Part shown: positions 14,159 to 26,028 of the stretch, piece by piece | Position numbering within the stretch: position 1 is the stretch's first letter | Layout of the letters: each line of letters opens with the position of its first letter | Assembly: GCF_009914755.1 (NCBI RefSeq) | Contig: NC_060925.1 | DNA: 64,000 nt | Source: the human T2T-CHM13v2.0 reference genome, Homo sapiens | Strand: one strand, 5' to 3' | The notes under the pieces: generated by a model | Databases searched by the model: none | The model's input: the letters and a program-made list of their open reading frames with translations, nothing else | What the model was told of the DNA's origin: nothing | Translations under genes and position numbers: made by a program

Positions 14159-14839
14159 ATTACTAAGAGATGTTTAAGTACCCTTAGCATGTTAGTAGAT
14201 ACGGTTATTTCTCCCTTTAGTTCTCTTTTGAGATTTATAGTCACTCAAATAAAGAGATAACCCAAACATAAGCGTCACAAACAGGCTTTCATACCATTCT
14301 TAATTTGGTCCTGTAATTCTTCATTGCTGTATTAATTTTCTGATGCTTTTAAGGATGTTTTATAACAAATTGTGTAGCTTTTTCCAATGGAATGTTTATT
14401 CTGAATTATCTAATTCATATTGTAAGTATAGAGGGAGTTTAATATAAAATTATTAAACTAATATTTGTGAAAGAATGTATTTGTGCATTTAACAAATATG
14501 TTAATCCTCAGACTGTTATTGGGCAGCTCAGCATACAGGAATAAAAATAACACAATTTTTATGTGTACAATATTTATGGAATACGTTACTGGACCCAATA
14601 AATAATTTAGTTAATAACATGACAAAGAACAGAAATTGTATACACCATAGAGCATAGTAATGGAATAATGAATGATTAAAGTTATTAATATTAGGTAGAA
14701 AGTGAAGGGTATCTTTGAGAGCAGAATTCAAGGAAGCAAGCAATTCGCCTTATCAGGAAAGAGTTACCTGTGGATAAAGGAGAAACTGAAAAATTTACAA
14801 GTCAAGACTTTTTGAGCAAAAACAAAAATATGACTATTA

Positions 14840-15330
14840 GTCACCAATTCAGTACAGTGAAAAAAATGTTGAAGAGATATCTTGGAAGTAAACCATGTTG
14901 TGGAAGAGCATGTAGGGTTTTGATAATCATGGGATGATTCTGAATTAATTTTAAATGCGATAGGAATATATGAGATAATTTCACCAGAGAATAATATGAT
15001 TGTGTTTGCATTTCAAAGGGGTGTATCTGGTGCACTGTGTAGAATAAATAGGTTATGTGAGCAAATAAATTGGGAGGCTACTCTAATCCAGTGAAAAAAG
15101 GTAGTGACTTAGGTGAGAATGCTGTCAGCATGAGTGATAGTAGTGGTGAGAAGTCGTTAGGCCATGGATGTATTTCATAGGACTGGCCAAGAGAACTGCA
15201 GCTAAATTGGAGTGTAGGGAGTGAAATAGAGAACTCAAAGATGACTCTCAGCAATGGAAGGTGACAGCTGTCACTGAAGCATGCTGATGCCTCTTCTTAA
15301 GAGAGTTACTTGGGAATGGCAAGATCAAAA
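14840..15330 (-). mobile_element. L2 fragment
   Basis: Purine-rich reverse-L2 pattern (tttgcatttcaaagggg..tctggtgcactgtgtagaata; tggagtgtagggagtg). Confidence 0.5.
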
Positions 15331-17677
15331 CTTCTCACTTTCAAATTTATGAAAAATATTGTTTTCAGAACGAGTGACTTTGGGATCAGAAAGCAACCAT
15401 TCTAATTGATGGTTCCACGACTACACGGGCTCACACTCGCAAGAGCAAAAGTAAATCATCACAAAGGTGCTTCTTGATAATTCTAGAGAATGGAGAATTA
15501 CTGTAACATCTTTCTGATTTTAGGAGAGGTAGCAGTTCCCTTTTTAGCCTAAACGCTATTTCTTTTTAAAGCTCAGCCAAGAGACTCCATTATAATTTTC
15601 AAATGTGTGTAACTTAAATTCTCATATGAAATACCACTATGCTTAAATTAGTCAAAACATTTTCCCCATCTACAACTCTATCTTGTCATTGTAATCATTT
15701 TCACAAAAGTGACTGCAGCTCTCAGACCCTAAAAAGAGAAAATCCAGGGTAGTTTATCTGATCTAGTTAGTTTCGAAGACAGGATCTAGAGATTATTTAA
15801 TACGAAATGGGTCACCTGAAATGAAGTGTTTACTGAAAACAGCTTGGATCAGCCCAGTTTTCTACCACTGAACCATGCATTTGGTTTAAAAAACACAACA
15901 ACTCTGCGGAATATCGGCTGCTTCCAACTGTGTTGAAGGTGTTAAAGAAAAGAGCATAAAATTAAAAATGATCATCTGAGGCCTTTATAGTCTCTGCTCA
16001 AGAGACTAGAGTTTTCCATTCTTAACGAAACACCCAAATATCTTAATAATTGGGCAAAATCTAAATATCAGAGATAATTTTATCTTGAAGATTGTTAAAT
16101 TATAACGGTGATTCACTAGCTTGCCACGTCTCTGAGTCAAAAATTAGGTCTTTGTTTAGGAATCAATCATAATCTGCAATTTGGAAATAGGAAGATTTTA
16201 GAAGACTCAGACATTGACTTTCTTGTGTGCAAAAAAAAAGACGTATTGAGATAAGACAAGTCTTTCCTTGCAAGGATACCTCTAATGCTCATACACCACC
16301 TCCCCTAACATTAATAGAGCTTCCAGGTCACTAACCAGTGTCAGAGAGCAGCCCACGCAACCAGAAATTCAAAAGATGTCGAACATAGGGTCAAGCTTAG
16401 AATAAGACGTCTTAGCTAATTAAGTATGCTTTTTTCCCGAAATTCATATTAACAAAATCTTGGATATGTCAGAGAATGCATTCTAAGTTCACTCAACCTA
16501 GGAGGGAGAAACATAATTTTAAATTAAGAGCTGAAGCATTCTTGTCCTAACACAAAGCAAGGAAAACGAAATATCACACCACAGGAGGGATTTCACAAAT
16601 TTGCGTCAACATCAAAACCTTAAAATAGGCAAGGAGAATGCAGATTCACAATGAACTCTTGTACTTGTTTTGTTCAGAGAAGAGACGGTTCTGAGAGAAT
16701 GACAGTGAACTAACCCCAGCTGGGTTTAGTTGGTGCTTTCAACTACTGCTTCTGATCAACTCCTTTAGCTAGAATAAATTGATGAGGATTTTGGCCTGTG
16801 GTATTAGAGATGGTTATTAATTTTTTCCTCTTATTTGCATTGTTCAATATAGTAAATACTAGCTGTATATGGCTACTTCAATTCAAATTAATTACAATGA
16901 AATATACTTAAATATTGAATTTCTTAGTCACTCTTGGTTCATTATTGAATATCTTCAGCTAAGATTTCCCAACTAAAGACACTAAGAGGTGGCTTAGTTA
17001 ACTGGTCATCCACAAATATTGAAGCTGCTGTTAACTCCTGATATATTCTCTGCAAGGAGAATACTCATAAGCCTCCTCCTGAAATCAGCAGCCTAGAGAT
17101 AGTTTTATAAACTGGATACAAGTTGGAAATCTATATACTCTTTAAGTGTTTGAAATATTAGCTTTCCAGGGAAGAAAATCAAATTCATAAGATATGCTAG
17201 GACAATTTAACTCAAGATGTTCAAAACTGAAATGACATATTCTACAACATGTGATAAAACCACCCCCTAACAACTTAAAGCAAAACAGGGGTGGACCTTA
17301 AAGACCTGCCTTTTCCTCATCCCCCAGCCAATCAGTTTTCAAATCTTGCATTTTATTTTGAAAGGTCCCTATCCCCCTGGTCTCTTGTTTCTAGACTTGG
17401 CACATATTTAAGTTTGTTACCTCTCTCTACTGACTTTTCTCTCTTCAAACAGTATCTATGCCTGCCAAATGTGAACGTACAAGAAACAAATCAGAATGTG
17501 CCATTCTGATTTAAACTGCTTATTAGTTAATACCCTCAAGATAACATCTGGGTTCTTAGCTTCAATGAGTCAAGCCTACTTACATCTTTTTGTCTTTGGC
17601 TGCACATTTCCTATCACATCGCACTCCAGCAATGCCAAGCTGTGCCGGCCTTCCACTCCATCTCCATTATTTCGCCC

Positions 17678-18990
17678 TCCGCCGCCGCCGCGGCTTTTTG
17701 CCCCCCCGCCGCCGCGGCTTATTCCCCCCATCCCGCCTAGGCTTTTTGCCCGCCGTGGCTTCCCCGCCCCCCGCCGCGGCTTTTTGCCCGCCGCGCCTTT
17801 TTGTCCCCGCCGCCGCGACTTTTTGCCCGCAGCGGCTTTTTACCCCCGCCGCCGTGGCTTTTTGCCCCATCGCCGCTGCGGCTTTCTGCCCCCACCCGCC
17901 GCTGCGGCTTTTTGCCCCACCGCCGCCGCGGCTTTGTGCCCCCCCGGCGCCAGGGCTTTTAGTCCGCCCCGGCTTTTTGACCCCTCGCCGTTGCGAATTT
18001 TGTCGCCGCGGCTTTTTGCCCGCCCCCCGCCGCTGCGGCTTTTTGCCCCCCGCCGCCTTTTGCCCCCCGCCGCCTTTTGCACCCCGCCGCTTTTGGCACC
18101 CCGCAGCTTTTTGCCCCCTCGCCGCCGCGGCTTTTTCCCGCCGTGGATTTTTCCCCCCTGCCCCCGCGACTTTTCACCCGCCGCGGCTTTTTGCCCCCAC
18201 GCCGCCTCGGCTTTTTGCCCGCCGCGGCTTTTTGCCCCCACCCCACCTCGGCTTGTTGCCCGCCTCGGCTTTTTACCCCCCGCCGCCGCAGCTTTTTCCC
18301 CGCCGCGGCTTTTTCCCCGCCGCAGCTTTTTCCCCGCCGCGGCTTTTTGCCCCCACCCTGCCTCGGCTTTTTGCCCGCCGCGGCTTTTTACCCCGCCGCT
18401 TTTTGCACCCCCGCCGCCGCGGCTTTTTCCCCGCCGTGGCTTTTCCCCCCTGCCCCCGCGGCCTTTTACCCGCCACAGCTTTTTGCCCCCCGCCGCCGCG
18501 GCTTTTTGCCCCCACCCCGCCTCGGCTTCTTGCCCACCGCGGCTTTTTACCCCGCGCCGCCGCGGCTTTTTGCCCGCCGCGGCTTTGTGCCCCCCTCGCC
18601 GCCGCGGCTTTTTGCCCGCCGCGGCTTTCTGCCACACACCCGCCGCCGCGGCTTTTTGCCCCTCTGCCGCCGCGGCTTTTTGCCCCACCGCCGACACAGC
18701 TTTTTGCACACTCGCCACCTTGGCTTTTTGCCGCCGCGGCTTTCTGCCCCCTCGCTGCCGCGGCTTTTTGCCCCTCCGCCACCGCCGCTGCTTTTTGCCC
18801 CACCGCCGCCGTGGCTTTTTGCCCGCCGCGGCTTTTTGCCATCGCGGCTTTTTACTCGCCACGGCCTTTTACCCGCCGCGGCTTTTTGCGCCCCGCTGTC
18901 ACGGCTTTTTGTCCCCCTGCCGCAGCGACTTTTTCGCCGCCGCGGCGTTTTGCCCCCGCCGCCGAGGATTTTTGTCCCCGCCGCCACGGC
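17678..18990. repeat. GC-rich degenerate tandem array, unit ~17-25 bp, consensus (C)nGCCGCCGCGGCTTTTTG ('GCTTTTTGC' pericentromeric repeat)
   Basis: Dozens of directly visible copies, extremely CpG-dense. The long stop-free ORFs in several frames are a by-product of the repeat. Confidence 0.95.
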
Positions 18991-19141
18991 TCTGAGGGCG
19001 GGAGCGGCAGACTCGGCTGCCAGCTCTACTGGCGTCCTGGCAAGGGCAGCGCTGAGGGGTGCTCCTGGTCCAGCTCTCCTGGCTCAGGGATTCCTTGCCT
19101 AGGCGCCGGCGCCCCAGGCTCCTTGCCTAGGCCCCTGTGGC

Positions 19142-19372
19142 CTGCATAGAGTGGCGCTGCCTGTGGAGGCGATGGGAGAGAAGAAGGAGGGCGGTGGTGG
19201 GGGTGATGTGGCGGCCACGGAGGGTGGCACAGGGGCTGCGGCCAGCCGGGCGCTGCAGCAGTGCGGGCAGCTCCAGAAGCTCATCGTCATCTTCATTGGC
19301 AGCCTGTGCGGGCTGTGCACCAAGTGCGCTGTGTCCAACGACCTCACCCAGCAGGAGATACAGACCCCGGAG
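19142..19372 (+). pseudogene. KSR1: Duplicated KSR1 (kinase suppressor of Ras 1) first coding exon with intact donor; no further KSR1 exons in the window
   Basis: Translates to (L)[76 protein letters not shown] versus recalled KSR1 [77 protein letters not shown]. The first ATG is now CTG (19142), the second ATG (19172) is intact, and the donor GAG|gtaagg is at 19373. Confidence 0.93.
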
Positions 19373-20201
19373 GTAAGGGGTTCGGGGACCCGGGCTGGGC
19401 TCCAGGAGCGGCCCGGACACCTCCTTCGGGGCCCCAGTTCACTCCTGGCCGAGTTGCATCTTTGAGCCCACGTCACCCCCTTGGAGGCTTCCCCTCCCTC
19501 CTGCACTCGCTGATGTGGCAGCCAGAGGACCCAGGACCAGCCCTCACCTTGGGCAGGATTTGTGGAGCGGGTGCGTGGTGGGAACTGGGATGGAGGCTCC
19601 AGGGTCCCGTGGGGGTGGGGGTGGGCTGCGTGAGGACATCCCCTTACCCCCTGAATTTCCATCTGGTCCAGCCCTCTCATCTTGTAGGTGAGGAAACCGA
19701 AGGCCTGAGGGAGAAATGACTTGCCAGGAACCCCTGTTAAGGAAAATTAACAAAGTGTGGTTATTAAAGAAGAACTGAGTTGGGAGTCAGACCTGGAGGC
19801 CCGCACCCGTGGTTAAGACATTATACCACCTTGAGTCTGGCCTGTTGACTGAGGGTGAGCCACTCCATCCTCATGTGATTGTGGGGTCTTAACCTCAAGG
19901 GGTTTCCTGCAGGAAGAAGCAAATGGGTTTGCTTTCCTAGCTCTGTCCAGTACGTTAGGGACCCTGAGGACTGAAGAGATTCTTGGAGAGCCATCTGGTG
20001 TATGTCATGGGTGGGTCTTTTTGGAAGGTCAGACTGCCCAGTGGGCTGGCTCAGCCCAAATGAACTGTCTTGAATCTTTGGAGTTGTCTGTGTACTTTTA
20101 AGGGCTTCTCAGCCTTGCACCAAAAGATCCCCCTGGAAATTAGGTGGGAAAAACCTTAACTTTTGTGGGGCCTTGTGTTTGTCTTAAAAGTTCATGCACA
20201 T

Positions 20202-20476
20202 AGCCAGGTGTGGTGGCTCCCACCTGTTATCCTTTCCTGGATCCCTTGAGTCAAGGAGTTTGAGACCAACCTGGACAATATAGTGAGACCCCATCTCTAC
20301 AAAAAATAAAATATTAGCCAGGGGTGGTTGTGCGCATCTGTAGTCCCAGCTACTACTGTGGCTGAGGCGGGAGGAGCACTTGATCCTGCACTGAGCTCTG
20401 ATCTCACCAGTGTACTCCAGCCTGGGCCGCAGAGCAAGACCGTGACTCAAAAAAAAAAAAAAAAAAAAAAAAAAAA
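20202..20476 (+). mobile_element. Alu (diverged, AluJ-type) with long poly-A
   Basis: gccaggtgtggtggctcccacctgt...tccagcctgggccgcagagcaagacc followed by a ~28 nt A-run. Confidence 0.9.
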
Positions 20477-20597
20477 GACAAGAAAAATTCTTCAAGATTT
20501 TGCATTCTGTCCCACTACCCATTGGTTTTCATGTCAAGATAATGTCAGAAATTCTTTACAATTGCTTCCAGAAGGAGTAGCCTTTTGATCTGGTGCA

Positions 20598-20790
20598 CAG
20601 GTGTCCAGTCTTTTGGCTTCTCAGGGCCACATTGGAAGAAGAATGCTCCTGGGCCGCACATAAAATACACTAATGCTAACAACAGCTGATGGGGTTAAAA
20701 AAAAAAAAGTTTTGTGCATAATTTTCATGCTACCCACCACCACAGATAGGTGGAAAAGTCCTTGTAGGCAAAGGGTTGGACACGGCTGAT
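20598..20790. mobile_element. MER30 (hAT-Charlie) DNA element
   Basis: caggtgtccagtcttttggcttctcagggccacattggaagaagaat...gggttggacacggctg, with terminal inverted ends. Confidence 0.75.
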
Positions 20791-21153
20791 CTAGTGTCTT
20801 GTCGTCCGTTTTGGCTTTCTCCCTGATTCCAGAATGCAGGTAGAGATGTAGAGACATGCTCTCAGGACAGCTGTTGAGATAAAAAAATTCGTTGTCATTT
20901 ATTCCCAAGCACAGCTGTTTCTCATTGCATTGAAAAAGTCTCCATTCAAACTGCTGTCACATATAAAATCTATTTATGTAAGTCTGTATTTTTCTGTTGT
21001 CTTGGCCTTTGTAGGCAGTAGTGTGTTTTAACCGAGCAAACTGTCCTTCCAAATAATGAAGCCGAAGTCAGCCTACCTACTTGCCATTTTTCTTCCCCTT
21101 CCATTTTTGTAACCTCAGAATAATTGTAAGAATGAATTAAGATTTGTGTTTAA

Positions 21154-21275
21154 GGCCAGGCACAGTGTCTCAGGCCTGCAATCTCAGCACTTTGGGAGGC
21201 GGAGACGGTTGTATCGCTTGAGCTCAGGAGTTGAAGACCAGCCTGGGCAACATACTGAGACTCCGTCTTGTATAA
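21154..21275 (+). mobile_element. Alu left monomer (FLAM-like)
   Basis: ggccaggcacagtg...gagctcaggagttgaagaccagcctgggcaacata. Confidence 0.85.
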
Positions 21276-22175
21276 TTTAATTAAAATTGAAAAAAAGAAG
21301 AGAAAAAGACCTGTGTTTAAAATTTAAAAAAAGGGGGGGAAAGTGTAATGCAAAATGTGGACTATGCCAGCTATGATTGGGAAAACTAGTTTTTCATACA
21401 GCATTATCTGTAGACTTGTATTAGCAGCATACTGGTCATAAGCGTTTTGCTTTCCTCAAATATGATGAGGCAAGCTAATTTAAAGTGTGTTGGGGCTTTC
21501 TGCCGCGTGGCTCCTGGAGGTGTTGAGTCCCAATTTAGCCAATTAATTTAGGTTTAGTTTTGACGTGGATAAGGGAGACCAGCTTCATTCATGGTGTACA
21601 CACAGTTTTGCGAATAAGGAAAAAAAAAAAAGCCACCTGAATGTTCCTACTCATTAGATGCTATCTGGAGAGCTCCTACCCCACCCTCACCAAGGCCCGG
21701 GCCATTAAAAAGACTCAATGCAGCCTTTCTGTATCTCATACTGTATTCTGCAAGATACTCCTCTGAAAGAAAGTTGTGCTGCATCAGCCATCTCCCTCCT
21801 GAAGATCCCTGCGGATGAAGATTTGTGTTTTGAAAGTTCTGAGAATTCCTGCAACAACAATTCTCAAACTTATTTGTCCATGGGATCTTCTCTTCCACTG
21901 AATGTAGTTGGGGAGACACAGCCTTAAGCCTTGAGCAGAGAAAGAGACAAGAAACTGTCGGCTCACTTACAACCAAGTGTTGTGTTTATGTTTTAGGTTT
22001 TTATGAAACTGAGGTGCTGTTTGAGGTTTTAAATGAAATTGGGTGGTTGAGGAGAGGCTGCTATCCCTGTAGACTTAGCCAGCCATGAGAAGTTGCCTTT
22101 TGTTGAAGGAGGTGTTTTAGAAAGGGAAATAGGGTGTCTCCTGGGCATCGCATTAGCAATTAAATACATGTATCA

Positions 22176-25100
22176 CTGAAATGAAATGAAATGATGAAAT
22201 GATGAAATGAAATGATGAAATGATGAAATGAAACGAAATGATGAAATGAAGAAATGAAATAATGAGATGAAATGATGATGAAATGAAATGAAATGATGAA
22301 ATGGAATGATGAAAAATGAAATGATGACATAAAATGGTGAAATGAAATGAAATGAAATAATGAAGTGAAATGAAATGATGAAATGATGAAATGAAATGAA
22401 AACATGAAATGATGAATTGAGGAAATGTATGAAATGATGAAATGAAATGAAATGAAGTGAATGATGAAATGACGAAAAAATGAAATTAAATGATGAATTG
22501 ATGAAATGATGAGATGAAAAGGTGAAAAGAAACGAAATGATTAAATGAAATGATGAGATGAAAAGGTGAAAAGAAACGAAATGATTAAATGAAATGAGGA
22601 GACGAAAAGATGAAATGAAATGATGAGATGAAATGAAATGATGTGATGAAATGATGAGATGAAGTGAAATGATGAAATGAAATGATGAGATGAAATGAAA
22701 TAATGCAATGAAAGATGATATGATGAGATGAAGTGAAATGATGAAATGATGAAATGTGATGAAATGGAATGATGAAATGAAATGATGAAATGAAATTGTG
22801 AAATGAAATGAGGAAATGAAATGGAATGATGAAATGAAATGAAAAGATCAAACGGTGAAGTGAAGAAATGATATGAAATGATGAAATGAAATGAAATGAG
22901 GAAATGAAGTTAAATGATTAAATGATGAAATAATGAAATGAAATGAAATGATGAAATGATGAATTGATGAAATGATCAAATGAAATGACGAGATGAAAAG
23001 ATGAAATGAAATGATGAAATGTAATGACGAGATGAAAAGATGAAATGAGATGAAATCATGAGATGAAATGAAATCATGAGATGATGAAATGATGAGATGA
23101 AGTGAAATGATGAAATGATGAGATGAAATGAAATGATGAAATGAAATGAAATGTTGAGATGAAATGATGAAATGAAATGAAAGAATGAAATGAAATGATG
23201 AAATGAGATGAAATGAAATCATGAGATGAAATGATGAAATGATGAGATGAAATGAAATGATGAAATGATGAAATGTAATGAAATGATGAAATGGAATGAT
23301 GAAATGAAATGATGAAATGAAATGGTGAAATGAAATGAGGAAATGAAATGAAATGATGAAATGAAATGAAGTGAAATGATGAAATGATGAAATGATGAAA
23401 TGAAATGAGAAGATCAAATGGTGAAATGAAGAAATGATATGAAATGATGAAATGAAATGAAGTGATGAAATGAAGTTGAATGATTAAATGATGAAATAAT
23501 GAAATGAAATGATGAAATGATGAATTGATGAAATGATCAAATGAAATGAGATGAAAAGATGAGATGAAATGAAATGATGAAATGAAATGACGAGATGAAA
23601 AGATGAAATGAGATGAAATGAAATCGTGAGATGATGAAATGATGAGATGAAGTGAAATGATGAAATGATGAAATGTGATGAAATGGAATGATGAAATGAA
23701 ATGATGAAATGAAATTGTGAAATGAAATGAGGAAATGAAATGGAATGATGAAATGAAATGAAAAGATCAAATGGTGAAGTGAAGAAATGATATGAAATGA
23801 TGAAATGAAATGAAATGAGGAAATGAAGTTAAATGATTAAATGATGAAATAATGAAATGAAATGAAATGATGAAATGATGAATTGATGAAATGATCAAAT
23901 GAAATGACGAGATGAAAAGATGAAATGAAATGATGAAATGTAATGACGAGATGAAAAGATGAAATGAGATGAAATCATGAGATGAAATGAAATCATGAGA
24001 TGATGAAATGATAAGATGAAGTGAAATGATGAAATGATGAGATGAAATGAAATGATGAAATGAAATGAAATGTTGAGATGAAATGATGAAATGAAATGAA
24101 AGAATGAAGTGAAATGATGAAATGAGATGAAATGAAATCATGAGATGAAATGATGAAATGATGAGATGAAGTGAAATGATGAAATGATGAAATGTAATGA
24201 AATGATGAAATGGAATGATGAAATGAAATGAGGAAATGAAATGGTGAAATGAAATGAGGAAATGAAATGATGAAATGAAATGAAGTGAAATGATGAAATG
24301 ATGAAATGAAATGAGAAGATCAAATGGTGAAATGAAGAAATGATATGAAATGATGAAATGAAATGAAGTGATGAAATGAAGTTAAATGATTAAATGATGA
24401 AATAATGAAATGAAATGATGAAATGATGAATTGATGAAATGATCAATGAAATGAGATGAAAAGATGAGATGAAATGAAATGATGAAATGAAATGACGAGA
24501 TGAAAAGATGAAACGAGATGAAATGAGATGAAATCGTGAGATGATGAAATGATGAGATGAAGTGAAATGATGAATGATGGAATGACAAAATGCAACAATG
24601 AGAAGAAATTATGAAATGAAATAATGAAATGAAAGGATGAAATGATGAGATGAAATGATGAAAGGATGAAATGAAATGATGAAATGAGGAAATGAAAAGA
24701 TGAAATGAAATGAATAAGTGAAATGATGAAATGATTGAATGAAAACATGAAATGATGAAATGATATGAAATGATGAAATGATGACATGAAGTCAAATGAT
24801 GCAATGATGAAATAAATGAAATGAAATGATGAAATGATGACATGAAGTCAAATGATGCAATGATGAAATAAATGAAATGAAATGATGAAATGAAATGAGA
24901 TGAAATGATGAAATGATGAGATGAAAAGATGAAATGAAATGATGAGATGAAATGAAATGAGATGAAATGAAATGAGATGAAATGAAATCATGAGATGAAA
25001 AGATGAAATGAGATAAAGTGAAATGACGAAATGAAATGTCGAGATGAAGTGATGAAATGAAATGATGAAATGAAACAATGAAATGAAGTGAAATGAAATG

Positions 25101-25560
25101 AGATGAAATGATGAGATGAAATGATGAATTGATGAAATGAAATGAGATGAAAAGATGAAATGAAATGATGAAATGATGAGATGAAAAGATGAAATGATGA
25201 GATGAAATGAAATGATGAGATGAAATGAAATGGTGAGATGAAATGAAATGATGAGATGAAATGATGAGATGAAGTGAAATGATGAAATGAAATGTTGAGA
25301 TGAAATGATGAAATGAAATGAAAGAATGAAATGAAATGATAAAATGAGATGAAATGATAAGATGAAATGATGAAATGGAAGGATGAAATGAAATGATGAA
25401 ATGAGGAAATGAGATGAAATGATGAAATGATGAAATGAAAGGATGAAATGAGGAAATGAGATGAAATGATGAAATGATGAAATGAAAGGATGAAATGAGG
25501 AAATGAAATGAAATGATGAAAAGAAATGAAATAATGAAATGAAATGATGTAATAGATGAA
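22176..25560. repeat. (GAAAT)n/(GAT)n composite simple satellite, ~3.4 kb, with internal higher-order duplications
   Basis: Continuous gaaat/gat/gagat units with a nearly C-free plus strand. The landmark aagatcaaa(c/t)ggtgaa has its 'gatca' at 22846, 23412, 23765 and 24318. Confidence 0.97.
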
Positions 25561-25651
25561 CCAAAAATTCTTATTCACTTTTTTTCTGGGCATCTTTCTA
25601 AGAGTATTTTAGTGAGGTTAATTTCTAAATATAAATTGCTATTCAATGGCT

Positions 25652-26028
25652 ATACAGTTGGCCTTTGCACCACAGGGGTTTGAACTGTGCACGTCCACTT
25701 AGCAAAACCAACAATTCTACATCCTTATCCACATCCTGCCCATGAGAAAGATGAGGATGAAGACCTGTTTGATCATCTACTTCCATTTAATAACTAGTAA
25801 ATCTATTTTCCTTATGATTTTCTTTTTTCTTTTCTCTGGCATGTTTGTTAAGAATACAGTATATAAGACATATAACATATTAAATATGTGTTAATTGACT
25901 GTGTTATTTGTCAGGCTTACAGTAGGCTATTAGTAGTTAAGTTTTGGGGGAGTCAAAGTTATAGTGTATTTTCTACCGTGCAGGTGGTCCAGCACCCCAA
26001 CCTCCGTGTTGCTTAAGGGTCAACCGTA
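25652..26028. mobile_element. Tigger2a-like (MER28) DNA transposon
   Basis: TA-flanked inverted termini tacagttggcctttgcaccac...gtgttgcttaagggtcaaccgta, with internal gatgaggatgaagacct. Confidence 0.75.

Noticed and set aside
17678-18990. CRISPR-like periodicity in the GC array
   Set aside because: Units are contiguous and degenerate with no unique spacers, there are no cas genes, and the DNA is primate.
17496-19149. Long ORFs (499, 519, 341 and 340 aa; Pro/Ala/Arg/Phe-rich or Lys/Gly/Arg-rich, superficially histone- or protamine-like)
   Set aside because: They are open in several frames on both strands because the tandem unit contains no stop codon, and they have no recognisable domain.
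22160-25593. Many F/H/I/S-rich minus-strand ORFs
   Set aside because: They are translations of the (ATTTC/ATC)n satellite strand.
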